DNA of 64,000 bases, taken from NCBI GenBank assembly GCA_964402425.1, contig CAYOCD010000005.1, forward strand, positions 6,064 to 70,063, given 5' to 3'. A program made the translations under genes and the position numbers. Source of the DNA: an uncultured Gammaproteobacteria bacterium. Its GTDB lineage: Bacteria; Patescibacteriota; Patescibacteriia; UBA9934; GWF2-40-263. Under the pieces are notes generated by a model. The model worked only from the letters and a program-made list of their open reading frames with translations, was not told the origin of the DNA and did not search any database. The number at the start of each line of letters is the position of its first letter. Position 1 is the first letter of the stretch. Positions 48,440 to 59,252 of the stretch are shown here, piece after piece.

Positions 48440-51400
48440 GTGTGCCAAAAACGCTTATCCATTATTTCGAACATTGTTTCAATCGCGGTCATTTTGACGG
48501 CGCTTGTGACGGCTGTTCGAGTGGATGCAGCAACCGTGACGAGTGCAAATGATTATGTTTCAACGCTTGTAGCGTCGGAACTCGCAAATCATGAGGTGCT
48601 CTTTACAACTCCATCAGGAATTTCAGAGGGTCAAACAGTGACGCTTACGTTTGGTTCCGGATTCACCACAACTTCTATTACAGAAGATGATGTAGATGTT
48701 GCGGATGATTCCACTGAACTTACAACAGCGGCAACTTGTGCGGGTTCTGAACAAGCTTCTGTTGCGATTGCTTCGAATATCATGACACTCACAATTTGTG
48801 CAGGTGATGGTGGTGCCATTGCAGCGACAAGTGCTGTGCGTGTTCGTATTGGAACGAATGCAACAAGTTCTGGAATAGGAATGAATCGCATGACAAATCC
48901 ATCAAGCGCAAAAAATCATTTTGTGACGATTGGTGGAACATTTGGAGATGCAGGTTCGATTGCTTTACCTGTTCAATCAAGCTCAAGTGCTGTAAGTGTG
49001 ACGGCAACGATTCCATCTGTGGGAATTTCTGCTCCAAGCGGAAATGGATGTACAGAAAACTGCAATTTTGTGAATCAACAAGATGCGACTCCGCCTGTAA
49101 TAAGTGCGGTTGTTGTTTCTGGTATGACATTAAACGGAGCAACTATTTCTTGGACAACAGATGAAAATGCAAATTCGCGCGTAAATTATGGTTTGACGAA
49201 TGAATTTGAATTGGGTTTTGTTCTTGATGCATCTCTTGTTAAAAGCCACACCGTTTCCCTTACGGGTTTGCAAGAAGGTAAGATGTACTATTTTCAAGTG
49301 AAGTCTGCGGATCAGTCGAATAACATTGCGACGTATTCGACGACCACTTTCAATACACTTGATCCAACAGCACCAGTTCTTTCCAATGTTGTTGTGACGA
49401 ACATCACACAATCTTCTGCAACGATCAGCTGGAACACAAATGAGAACACGACAAGTGTTCTTGATTATGGGCTTACAGCAAGTTATGGAACGAATTTAAT
49501 GAGTGCCGCGTTTACCCAAAATCACTCATTTCATCTTTCTGGATTACAAAGCGGAATGACATATCATTTCCGTGTGAAATCGCAAGATGCTTCTGCAAAC
49601 ATAACAACATCGACAAATCAATCGTTTGCAACGCTTGCAAATTTGGCACCAACAAACGTTGCAGCCCTCACGATTCTTCCAGGGGACAAAAAATTGACAC
49701 TTGTATGGTCAAATCCAACCGATGTGGATTTTGCTGGTGTTCGTGTTTTGCGATGTGGTTCTGGATTTCCTAGTGGTCCGACAGATATTTCCTGTTCGGT
49801 TGTTTTAGATAACAGTTTCACTCAAACACTTGTTCAAACAGGTCTCACAAACGAGACAACATATTATTATGGCGTCTTTTCAAAAGATACTACTTTGCAA
49901 TTCGCTTCTGGTGCTCTTGCTTCGGGCAAACCAAGCGCTCCAGAAATAGAGGTGCTAAGTACGTGTGGAGATTTGGTCTGTAGCGCAACAGAATCAAGCT
50001 CTTCATGTCCTGCCGATTGTTCAGTGCCTTCTCAAGGCCCTGTCTGCGGCGATGCTATTTGTGCAGGTTCCGAAACAACCACAACATGTTCGGTCGATTG
50101 TGCGGTCCAAACGCCATCGAAAACACAAACTTCTGAAACCATCGGGAGCACATGTGGAAATGGAGTGTGTAATGATTCGGAGTCAACGTTTACGTGTGCA
50201 GCTGATTGCAAGGTAACTGTACCAACAGAGTCAACAACTCCCGGGTCAGGAGTTGGAACACTTCGTTATACAGATGTGCAATTCTCTGTCGGAAACGGAG
50301 CTGTACAATTATCAAACACCAATGGTTACATAGATGTTTTGCCTCGCACACCATTGTCCGTGCGTGTGCCGGCAACAAATATTGGAATTGGTATCGATCA
50401 CGTTCGTCTTGCGATTGGTGCCGAAACGTTCATTCTGCGTCCTGTAACACGGATGAGTGCTTCATCCTTATCGGCGTCTCTTATCGTCGCCGCGTCTACA
50501 GATGACGTATCCGTTCTTTTTTACGAAGCAGATGTCTTAACACCGAGCGCATTATCGCTCAATCCTGTGACGATTTTCGTAGAGTATGAAAATGGTCAAA
50601 CGATCAACGCTTCTTCGTTTCTGCGTGTTGTCGCTCCGGGCGTCACGCATGAAATCATCGATGGAGAAGAAGCTGTCGTCGCGGGAACAACAGTAACGTT
50701 GTACCAAGTTGTCGGAACTTCTGGTTCTGTATGGGATGGGTCACCCTACAGTGCACAAAATCCAACAACAGCAACAACAAACGGATTGTTTGCGTGGTAT
50801 GTTCCAAATGGGCTTTATCGTGTCCGTGCAGAACAGGCTTTGTATGATTCAGTCGACACACCTGTGCTCGATGTGAAAAACAACATCGTCAATCCACGCA
50901 TCTTGATGACACCTCTTGTTCAAGTTGAGGAAACCCCTCTGCAAACGGCGACGGAAGCCGTGCTTGCAGCGGTCGTCAGTCAAGAAACGGTGAAACAAGT
51001 CACTATAGCAATTCAAAAAATTACAGAATCAAAACCAGTTCAAGCTGTTACCGAACAATTGGAAACAATCCGAGAAATCCCTGCTGTTCAGACAGCAGTA
51101 GACGCCTCGGTTCCAACACTGATCGTCTCTGCTGGAACAAGTGTGGTTGTGATGTCGATCGCGTTCGATTTTCTCCCGTTTGTTCAATATCTTTTTACAG
51201 CGCCTGTTCTCTTTTTAGGGCGAAGCAAACGAAAAGGATTCGGAGTGATTTATAACGCAATCAGTAAAGAGCCAATTGGCCTGGCTGTTGTGCGTCTTTA
51301 TCAGGTAAAAGATGAGCAAGAGCGAATAGGTAAATTGGTAAAAAGTCGTGTGACAGACAAAGGTGGACGATTTTATTTCTTGGTTCAACCAGGAACGTAT

Positions 51401-52030
51401 CGTTTGATGGTCACAAAAGCCGGGTTTCAGTTCCCGACTCAACATCTCACAGCCAAAAAAGAGGATGTTCAATTCACAGACTTGTACCACGGAGAATTGT
51501 TACGCGTGACAGAAGCCGATGCGGTTATTACCCCTAATATTCCGATCGATCCTTCCGTGACAGCGAAATACCAAGAGCCTAAGAATATCAAATGGCATGC
51601 GCGTTTACGCGTGATTCAGCACTCAATCGCCTTTTCCGGCGTCTTACTTTCCTTTGTTTTTGCCATTATCCGACCGAACGTGCTTGCGGCCGCGATGGTG
51701 CTTCTCCAAATTGGAATCTATTTATTTGTGCAACGACTCGCAAAACCTCGCAAACCAAAATCTTGGGGGATTGTTTATGACAAGAAGACCGGACGCCCCG
51801 TTTCAAACGTGGTTGCTCGTATCTTCGAGCCTAAATATAACAAGCTTCTTGAAACACAAGTTACCGACAGCAAAGGACGATACTCCTTCCTTCTCGGGCC
51901 GGCTGAGTACTATGCCGTGTTTGAAAAGGAAGGGTATCGATCCACTCAAGTGAGTCCAATCGATTTCTCAAAAGATAAAGAGGCAAAAGATTTCTCCATG
52001 GATATTCGTTTGTTAACCAAAGAGACATAA
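48440..52030 (+). CDS. Large surface protein: FN3-like repeats, Cys-rich repeats, TM helices, carboxypeptidase-regulatory-like domains
   Basis: Two ATISW.T.E...V.YG...H...L.GL...Y.F.VKS repeats; three CG..C...E....C..DC repeats; two TD.KGR(F/Y).FL domains. GTG start at 48440 assumed. Confidence 0.8.
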   Translation: MCQKRLSIISNIVSIAVILTALVTAVRVDAATVTSANDYVSTLVASELANHEVLFTTPSGISEGQTVTLTFGSGFTTTSITEDDVDVADDSTELTTAATCAGSEQASVAIASNIMTLTICAGDGGAIAATSAVRVRIGTNATSSGIGMNRMTNPSSAKNHFVTIGGTFGDAGSIALPVQSSSSAVSVTATIPSVGISAPSGNGCTENCNFVNQQDATPPVISAVVVSGMTLNGATISWTTDENANSRVNYGLTNEFELGFVLDASLVKSHTVSLTGLQEGKMYYFQVKSADQSNNIATYSTTTFNTLDPTAPVLSNVVVTNITQSSATISWNTNENTTSVLDYGLTASYGTNLMSAAFTQNHSFHLSGLQSGMTYHFRVKSQDASANITTSTNQSFATLANLAPTNVAALTILPGDKKLTLVWSNPTDVDFAGVRVLRCGSGFPSGPTDISCSVVLDNSFTQTLVQTGLTNETTYYYGVFSKDTTLQFASGALASGKPSAPEIEVLSTCGDLVCSATESSSSCPADCSVPSQGPVCGDAICAGSETTTTCSVDCAVQTPSKTQTSETIGSTCGNGVCNDSESTFTCAADCKVTVPTESTTPGSGVGTLRYTDVQFSVGNGAVQLSNTNGYIDVLPRTPLSVRVPATNIGIGIDHVRLAIGAETFILRPVTRMSASSLSASLIVAASTDDVSVLFYEADVLTPSALSLNPVTIFVEYENGQTINASSFLRVVAPGVTHEIIDGEEAVVAGTTVTLYQVVGTSGSVWDGSPYSAQNPTTATTNGLFAWYVPNGLYRVRAEQALYDSVDTPVLDVKNNIVNPRILMTPLVQVEETPLQTATEAVLAAVVSQETVKQVTIAIQKITESKPVQAVTEQLETIREIPAVQTAVDASVPTLIVSAGTSVVVMSIAFDFLPFVQYLFTAPVLFLGRSKRKGFGVIYNAISKEPIGLAVVRLYQVKDEQERIGKLVKSRVTDKGGRFYFLVQPGTYRLMVTKAGFQFPTQHLTAKKEDVQFTDLYHGELLRVTEADAVITPNIPIDPSVTAKYQEPKNIKWHARLRVIQHSIAFSGVLLSFVFAIIRPNVLAAAMVLLQIGIYLFVQRLAKPRKPKSWGIVYDKKTGRPVSNVVARIFEPKYNKLLETQVTDSKGRYSFLLGPAEYYAVFEKEGYRSTQVSPIDFSKDKEAKDFSMDIRLLTKET

Positions 52031-52042
52031 TTAAACGGAGGT

Positions 52043-55000
52043 ATGTTTACGCAATGGCGAAAACAATTTGTTTCAACACTCCTTGTCGTCACTTTTTTTG
52101 TGGCGATGATTAGTGTTGCACAAGCGGCAATCGCACCTCCGAATATTTTGAGTTATCAAGGGCGATTATTAAACTCAAATGGTGTTCCGGTGACAAGTTC
52201 AACGGCTTCCATTAAGTTTAAATTATACGATTCCGCATCTGGCGGAACGTGTTTGTGGTCAAACTCGAGTTCAACCTGTGCGACGGAAACCGCTCATACA
52301 GTGACATTGAGTTCGGGTTTGTTCAGTGAAAATTTAGGTGATACGGCTGCAAGTTATGCAGCCATCCCAAGTACGGTTTTTGCAGACAATGCAGCTGTAT
52401 ATCTTGGAATTACAATTGGTTCTGATTCAGAAATGTCGCCACGCAAACGCATGACAGCTGCACCTTATGCGTTGAATGCACAAACATTAGATGGTTTGGA
52501 TTCTACAAGTTTTATGCAAACGGGGGTTGCTATTTCTGGAGCATCACCATTTGTTTTTGAAGGTGCGATCGATGACGCATTTGAAACAACGTTTGCCATT
52601 ACAAATCCAACAGCAGGAAATACAATCACGTTTAAAAATGGTTCTGGAACAGTTGCTTTTTTATCAGACATTACAAATATATCAGCGGATTCGTTGAATT
52701 TTACAGATTTTGCGGATGCATTAACGCTTGATGCTGCTACGACAATTTCAGGAAACATACTTTCATTAAATGAAAACTCAAATTTTGCTGTAAACATTAA
52801 TACGGGTACATCAAGTGGAGCTCTAACGTTAGGTGGAGGGTCAGGAACTGTTGCCATTAATTCTTCTGATTGGGATATTGATGCAACAGGGGTGATGACA
52901 GGTATAGGCAACACAACAATTGATGGAAAAATTTCCGTGAACCCAGCTCTTATCAGTTTACCGGTTCAAGATGGATCAACATCTACTCAATGGGGGGCTC
53001 TTTTTGGTGAATCTGCATCTACAGTTACATATACGGGCGGACAAGCTTCAGAATCCTTGTTCATGTTTAACGGTTTTGCTCAGCCAACACTTGAGTCATC
53101 GGTGACAACAGCATTTACAAATGCGGCAACGATGTATATTGCAAACGCACCAGTCGCAGGAACAAATACGACCATTTTAAATCCGTATGCCCTTGTTGTC
53201 GCGGCAGGGAATACAAAACTCGGAGGTGATTTGGCATTAAATGGTGGAAACATGACCACCTCTTCTTCAACATTTAATTTGATCGATAGCGTTACAACAT
53301 TAAGCATTGGAGCTTCGGCAACAGAAATAGATATCGCAAATAATAACGGACTCGGACACACAATTAAGATTGGAGGAAATACAGACACAAACTTGATCCG
53401 AATCGGTTCCTCTGCGGAAGATGGGGGAAACACAGCTGCAGACACAATTAGAATTGCAACAGGATCAGGAGGGGCAGACACAATCCAAATTGGTAACAGT
53501 AATGCTTCTACCCTCTTGTCTCTTACAGGAGGTGATGATTGGTCCATCACTTCTGCCGGAGTTCTTACGGTTGCATCCTGTTCTGGTTGTTCCGGGGGTG
53601 GATTTGTAGATGGAAATGTTACATCTCCTTCGATTGCTTTTTCAGCAGACGCAAGCGCAGATACAGGGTTTTACCGTATTGGTGAAAACAATATTGGTGT
53701 TGCAACAAATGGAGTAAAAGTTGTTGATATCGGAGCAACAACAATTGATCTTGGTGCAACCACCGCAACAACTCTTCATCTTGGTGCGGGTGGTGCAATC
53801 GCACGCGCAATTAATATTGGTACAGGAACAGGTGCTGACACGATCACTATTGGAGGCGGAACAACAGGCGCAGACACAATCCATATTGGAAATAACCTCA
53901 CCAACCTCTCCTCGATCGTCATTGGTGGAACGGGATTTACGACAAATTCTATTGCAATTGGAGCAGACCTTTGGAAAATTTCTGCAGATGGCGTAGCATC
54001 TTTTGATTCAATTGCTTCAACATCAACCAGTGCGACGGTTTCACTTTTTACAACCCTTGCTGCAGGGGGTGTCTTAGATTTTGCTGATGCAACTCCAACA
54101 TTGAATATTCAAAAAGGAGCTGGGTCACATACATTAAATATTGGTGGTACAGGAGCCGATACAATTTCCATCGCAACAAACAACACAACTTCTGATACTG
54201 TATTCATTGGAAATACGGCCTTAGTAACAAATGTCTCTTTGACGGGAGGAAGTGCGGGTGGAGTTTTTATTAATGATTTTGCTGGAACAACAAAAACATA
54301 TATTGGTGGAAATGGGGGATTTGACGGAACAGATACTGTGCAAATCTCAACAGACGCAACATCTGCAGACACCTTAACATTCGGAAATGCAAACACAGGA
54401 ACAACACTTGCGTTAACAGGAGGTAATGATTGGAGTATTACAACCGCAGGCGCGTTATCTATTGGAGTTGGGGGAAAATTTACAGTCGCTGCAACAGGAA
54501 TTGCCGCCGCTAATTTAAATGCAACCGCAACAACAAACGGTTTGTGTCACAGTGGGGCAAACGTTGATGCGGCAACAGATACAACACGCGATCTTGTTGC
54601 TTGTAGCGGTGCGCCGGGTGACTATGCGGAGTGGCATGAAACGGACGGAACTGTTCAAAGCGGTGACATTGTTGCGGTAACAGGCGGAACATTTACATAT
54701 AGCGCATCAGAGAGCGATGCATTTACAGGAGAAATTTTGCCAGAAAAAACACAAAAGACCCTTCCTATTTTGACCGCAGCAACATCAAACCAAAGCGAAG
54801 ATGTTCTTGGAGTTGTTTCCACATCTCCAAACCAAACCATCGGATCGGATGTGCGCGATCAAGGTGCACACCCACAACCAATTGCTCTTGTTGGGCGTGT
54901 TCCTGTGAATGTGACAAATGAAAATGGTTCGATTCAAGTTGGTGATTACATTACAACATCTTCTGTTCCTGGAAAAGGAATGAAAGCAACGCTTGCCGGG

Positions 55001-56614
55001 CGTGTTATCGGTATTGCTCTTACAGGAATGAGTGGTGCAAGCGGACAGGTCACTGTGCAGGTAACAAACTCTTGGTATTTTGGAGCCCTCATTGGAAATG
55101 ACGGAACATCCACATTACTTACAGATACGGTTGTTGTTGCTCCTCTCCAAAATGCTTCAGCCTCCACACAAACATTTGATTCCTATGGCCTCGCTCTTCG
55201 CGGATCGGCTTGGGATGGAAATCAAGCACAAGCTGTTTCCATGATGTTTAAAAATAAAGTAACAGACGGAACAAATTATCGACTGTCTGTTCGTAACACA
55301 ACAGACAGTGAGGTTGCCTACATCACAAATACAGGAACCATGCAGGTTGCAGGAGATATGGTTGTTGGTGGAAAGATTTATCCATCAAACTTGGGTGGAA
55401 TTCAAACAGACAAATATATCTATTATGACGGTTCTACAGGACCAGGCGGAGACTTCATGCGAACAAACGCAAGTGGATGGTCAACGGGATCTTATGACTT
55501 TGCCGAAATGTTCCCATCAAGCGATTCGCTTGTTCCGGGTGATGTGGTTGTATTCTCATCGACAAACATTCACGTAAAACGATCAACAAAGAAAGACGAG
55601 AAATCGATCGCGGGTATCGTTTCCACACGTCCAGGATTCCTTGCAGGTGAAAATACGCCAGGATCTTATCCTATCGCTCTTGCGGGTCGTGTGCCAACAA
55701 ACGTAAACAATGAAAATGGTTCCATTGCTGTTGGTGATCCGCTTACAACATCTAGCGCATCTGGTGTTGCCATGAAGGCAACGGAGCCAGGCCCAATCGT
55801 TGGGTATGCTCTTGAACCATTCGATGGAACAAATGGATCCATTACCGTTTTTGTCAGTGCAGGATATTGGGGAGGGGACGCAACAAGTTCTACACCTGGT
55901 GCGGATAATCGAGCGTCGCTGTTTGGATCTTCGCATAGCGAATCGATGACCATGCTCTCCATGAGTGGAAATATCAACATGAACGGAAATGAGATTTCAA
56001 ATATTGGACGCATGGCCGGCCTCTCAAATTCATGGAGTATTGAAGTGGATGGAACAATCAAAACAGAAGCATTGTTGAAGACGGTGATTGTCGGACAAAA
56101 TAATCAAAAAGTTGAGACGATCGCCACAACATCACCAGAAGCTATCATTACACTTTCTGGGTCATCTACCTTAAAGGACGGAATGGTGGAAGTTCGATTC
56201 GTAGATGTGAACAAAGATTTTGGAAACGTGATTTCAGCTATTGCTCCGATTCGTGTGGTTGCAACACCAAATGGTCCAGTCTCTTTGTATGTCTCTGAAA
56301 AAGATCAAAATCACTTTGTCGTAAAGAGTTTTGGCGGAAATGCATCGGATGTTGAGTTCGATTGGGTGGTTACAGGATACAGAAAAGGATTTGAACCAAA
56401 AGAGACAACAAATGCACAAGCATCTGTTGCTGCAGAGTCTTTCTCTGAGTCGAATTTGATCCAGAGCTCTGAGCAAGAAACAACAAGCGTTGTTTCCGAA
56501 ACAAATACGGTAGAACTTTCAGATGTTTCAGCATCCTCGCCGAGTGCGAGCACAACAACTGTCGATCCTTCCGTGATAAACGTCGATGCACTCGCGCCGA
56601 CGCTTTCACCTTGA
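52043..56614 (+). CDS. Secreted fibre-like protein (1523 aa) with two tail-fibre-type chaperone-like domains
   Basis: Signal peptide, LSYQGRL N-domain, repeated ADTI.IG strands, two D(Y/F)AE...GD(I/V)V...GRVP.NV.NENGSI.VGD..TTS domains. Confidence 0.8.
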   Translation: MFTQWRKQFVSTLLVVTFFVAMISVAQAAIAPPNILSYQGRLLNSNGVPVTSSTASIKFKLYDSASGGTCLWSNSSSTCATETAHTVTLSSGLFSENLGDTAASYAAIPSTVFADNAAVYLGITIGSDSEMSPRKRMTAAPYALNAQTLDGLDSTSFMQTGVAISGASPFVFEGAIDDAFETTFAITNPTAGNTITFKNGSGTVAFLSDITNISADSLNFTDFADALTLDAATTISGNILSLNENSNFAVNINTGTSSGALTLGGGSGTVAINSSDWDIDATGVMTGIGNTTIDGKISVNPALISLPVQDGSTSTQWGALFGESASTVTYTGGQASESLFMFNGFAQPTLESSVTTAFTNAATMYIANAPVAGTNTTILNPYALVVAAGNTKLGGDLALNGGNMTTSSSTFNLIDSVTTLSIGASATEIDIANNNGLGHTIKIGGNTDTNLIRIGSSAEDGGNTAADTIRIATGSGGADTIQIGNSNASTLLSLTGGDDWSITSAGVLTVASCSGCSGGGFVDGNVTSPSIAFSADASADTGFYRIGENNIGVATNGVKVVDIGATTIDLGATTATTLHLGAGGAIARAINIGTGTGADTITIGGGTTGADTIHIGNNLTNLSSIVIGGTGFTTNSIAIGADLWKISADGVASFDSIASTSTSATVSLFTTLAAGGVLDFADATPTLNIQKGAGSHTLNIGGTGADTISIATNNTTSDTVFIGNTALVTNVSLTGGSAGGVFINDFAGTTKTYIGGNGGFDGTDTVQISTDATSADTLTFGNANTGTTLALTGGNDWSITTAGALSIGVGGKFTVAATGIAAANLNATATTNGLCHSGANVDAATDTTRDLVACSGAPGDYAEWHETDGTVQSGDIVAVTGGTFTYSASESDAFTGEILPEKTQKTLPILTAATSNQSEDVLGVVSTSPNQTIGSDVRDQGAHPQPIALVGRVPVNVTNENGSIQVGDYITTSSVPGKGMKATLAGRVIGIALTGMSGASGQVTVQVTNSWYFGALIGNDGTSTLLTDTVVVAPLQNASASTQTFDSYGLALRGSAWDGNQAQAVSMMFKNKVTDGTNYRLSVRNTTDSEVAYITNTGTMQVAGDMVVGGKIYPSNLGGIQTDKYIYYDGSTGPGGDFMRTNASGWSTGSYDFAEMFPSSDSLVPGDVVVFSSTNIHVKRSTKKDEKSIAGIVSTRPGFLAGENTPGSYPIALAGRVPTNVNNENGSIAVGDPLTTSSASGVAMKATEPGPIVGYALEPFDGTNGSITVFVSAGYWGGDATSSTPGADNRASLFGSSHSESMTMLSMSGNINMNGNEISNIGRMAGLSNSWSIEVDGTIKTEALLKTVIVGQNNQKVETIATTSPEAIITLSGSSTLKDGMVEVRFVDVNKDFGNVISAIAPIRVVATPNGPVSLYVSEKDQNHFVVKSFGGNASDVEFDWVVTGYRKGFEPKETTNAQASVAAESFSESNLIQSSEQETTSVVSETNTVELSDVSASSPSASTTTVDPSVINVDALAPTLSP

Positions 56615-56707
56615 AGTGTCGTGTTCTTTCTGTGTCCACAATTTCATAACAAAAAATACACGCTCCCCACGCGTGTGTTTTTTGTTCTGTATCGCTCGTG
56701 TTAAAAT

Positions 56708-59053
56708 GTGTCCATTATGAATCGTACACTTTCTCTTTCCCTTCAGCTTTTGCAGTCAGCTCGATGGGTGTTTCTTTCGTTCATTTTTTTATTTCCACTT
56801 TTTTTCCTTCCATTTACCTTGGGGCCGCTTGAAATCAATAAACAAACATTGTTGCTACTTTCTGTTTGTGCGTCTCTCGTTTTGCTTATTGGGGCGTTTT
56901 TATTAAAAAAAGAGGTTCGTCTCAGATTCGGATGGGTGCATGTGTTCCCGCTTTTGATGGTCGGAGTGTTTATTGCGTCTGCTTTTTTTTCGCTCGCGCC
57001 ATATACATCTTGGGTTGGAACAAATGGTTCGGAATACATGAGTGTTCTTACTTGGATCGGTCTCGCTCTCTTGTTTTATCTCTGTACATTGTTTGCCTCT
57101 GAACTTTCTTTATCTCGTTTGCCTTGGGTGGTACTTACGTTCAGTGCAAGTTTGGTTGGTCTTTTTGGTGTCTTGTCTTTGTTTGGAGTTTCAATCCTTC
57201 CATTTTTCCCTGCGCTTGCTGTGTCTGCGTTTAATACAATTGGAACCGTTAATACATTTGCTGTTTTTCTTATCTGTGTGAGTTTGCTTGCGTGTACACG
57301 ACTCATGACAGATTCGATTTCTGTAAAAAAAAGTTGGAAACGCGTTGCTCTGATGACGGGAATCGGGCTTGTTTTTTTAGAAATGTTTATCGTTTTGCTT
57401 TTATTGGATTATGCACTGCTTTGGATGTTGCTTTTATTCGGGTGTGCATCTATTTTTACATTTGTTTTGTTCCGATCCCGAACCTTTCCATCTCTAAAAA
57501 CGCTTTTTATCCCCGTTATCTTCACAGTTTTGAGCCTTCTTTTTTGGCTCTTCTTACCAAGTCCGTTTCAAACGAAGCTTCCTCTCGAAGTTTCGCCTTC
57601 ATTCAAAACAAGTTTATTTATTTCAGACTCAGTTTTACGTAATCGACCCATGTTTGGATCAGGTCCTGGAACCTATGCCATGGATTACACCAAATATCAT
57701 CCGCTCTCCATCAATGAAACAGATTTTTGGAATACACGCTTTGATCGTGCGTCCTCGTTTGTCTTAACGCTTGCACCAACGGTAGGGTATTTTGGTATCG
57801 GTGTGTATCTTTTTTTCATTCTTTTTCTGTTTTACGAATCTGTATCAAACCTTATAAGACAAAAACAAGAAGAAGAATGGATTGATGTGTTTCATGTGTT
57901 TATACCTTGGCTTGCGATTGTGCTTGCCTCGTTTTTGTTTGCCTTTAATATAACCCTTGTTATCACGCTCATACTTTTGTCTGGGTTGCTTGCGTCAAAA
58001 TTGATTCAAAAAGAGTCCCATCTTACATTTTCTCATAATAAGTTCATTGCTCTTTTGTCTGCTGGTTGTTTTATTGCCTTACTTTTTTCTTTGTTCATCG
58101 GTATCTTTTTGACAACAGGTCGATACGCTGCTGAAACTGCTTATGCAAAAGCGGTTCGTGCAGATCGTTCGCATACAGAGACAAAAACCATTGTGACAGA
58201 GCTTGATCGTGCCGCAACGCTCAATCAATGGAATGATGATTATGTACGGAATTTGTCCGCGGCTCTTTTGCTGCGCGTTCAAGATGAATTAAAAACTGTT
58301 TCGCCTAATAGTCCGCTTTCAGATGTCTCAAAACAGTATTTGCGAGCACTTATGGCTGCATCAATAAATGCCTCTGCACGCGCAACAGAATTATCCCCGA
58401 ATAATGTATCTAACTGGCTTGCCCGCGGAGAAGTTTATAGATCCTTATCTGGACTTGTTGATAAAGCAGCAAATTTTTCTCTTGATGCCTATACACACGC
58501 AATCGATCTAGAGCCCACAAATCCAAGTCATTGGATGGAACGCGGAAAAACACACATGACGCTTGCAGATCTTTCGCAGCCCCTTATGGTGTCTTCGGAT
58601 GTTCATGTTATGGCTCAGGCAAAGAAAGATTGGGAGACGGCGCTTGGTGAAGCAAAAAAAGATTTTACAAAAGCAACAGAATTAAAATCCAATTTTGCTC
58701 CAGCTCATTATCAACTTGCTCTTGTGTATGAACGCGAAGGAAATCTTGATCTTGCAATTTCAAAATTAGAAAGTGTTCAGAAATATAACGATACAGACAT
58801 TGGAGTCGGATTCATGCTCGGTACGCTGTATACCAAGCGTGGGAGCACGGGGGATTTTGAACGGGCCAAACAAACATTTTTGCATGTGATCGCTCTTGCT
58901 CCTTCTTATAGTGACGCGCATTGGTTTCTTGCTTCTATTTATGAAAAATTCGGAGATAAAACACGTGCTATCGCAGAAATTGAAACTGTGTTGAAATTAA
59001 ATCCGGATAATCAGATCATTAAAACACGTTTAGAAAAACTAAAAAGACCATAA
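56708..59053 (+). CDS. O-antigen-ligase-like polytopic membrane protein with C-terminal TPR repeats
   Basis: More than ten TM helices, PMFGSGPGTY loop, TPR motifs (AHYQLALVYEREG, AHWFLASIYEKFG). Confidence 0.8.
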   Translation: MSIMNRTLSLSLQLLQSARWVFLSFIFLFPLFFLPFTLGPLEINKQTLLLLSVCASLVLLIGAFLLKKEVRLRFGWVHVFPLLMVGVFIASAFFSLAPYTSWVGTNGSEYMSVLTWIGLALLFYLCTLFASELSLSRLPWVVLTFSASLVGLFGVLSLFGVSILPFFPALAVSAFNTIGTVNTFAVFLICVSLLACTRLMTDSISVKKSWKRVALMTGIGLVFLEMFIVLLLLDYALLWMLLLFGCASIFTFVLFRSRTFPSLKTLFIPVIFTVLSLLFWLFLPSPFQTKLPLEVSPSFKTSLFISDSVLRNRPMFGSGPGTYAMDYTKYHPLSINETDFWNTRFDRASSFVLTLAPTVGYFGIGVYLFFILFLFYESVSNLIRQKQEEEWIDVFHVFIPWLAIVLASFLFAFNITLVITLILLSGLLASKLIQKESHLTFSHNKFIALLSAGCFIALLFSLFIGIFLTTGRYAAETAYAKAVRADRSHTETKTIVTELDRAATLNQWNDDYVRNLSAALLLRVQDELKTVSPNSPLSDVSKQYLRALMAASINASARATELSPNNVSNWLARGEVYRSLSGLVDKAANFSLDAYTHAIDLEPTNPSHWMERGKTHMTLADLSQPLMVSSDVHVMAQAKKDWETALGEAKKDFTKATELKSNFAPAHYQLALVYEREGNLDLAISKLESVQKYNDTDIGVGFMLGTLYTKRGSTGDFERAKQTFLHVIALAPSYSDAHWFLASIYEKFGDKTRAIAEIETVLKLNPDNQIIKTRLEKLKRP

Positions 59054-59252
59054 TGTTCTATCCACACCCGCACCTTGTGTCTGCGGGTGTTTTTGTTTAG
59101 CATATTTTTTGTAAAATGTGCACGGCTCTTTTATGCTCCGAAACCTCGCGCACACGCCGATCATCCATAAATGCCTAGTCCTCGCATATTGAGGACGCGA
59201 GCGCACAAAAGCTACCATTAAAGGTAAGCCAGGTTGGCAGATGGAGGTCCCA

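Noticed and set aside
52043-56614. Possible prophage tail region
   Set aside because: The protein has a signal peptide and no capsid, terminase or other phage genes are present.
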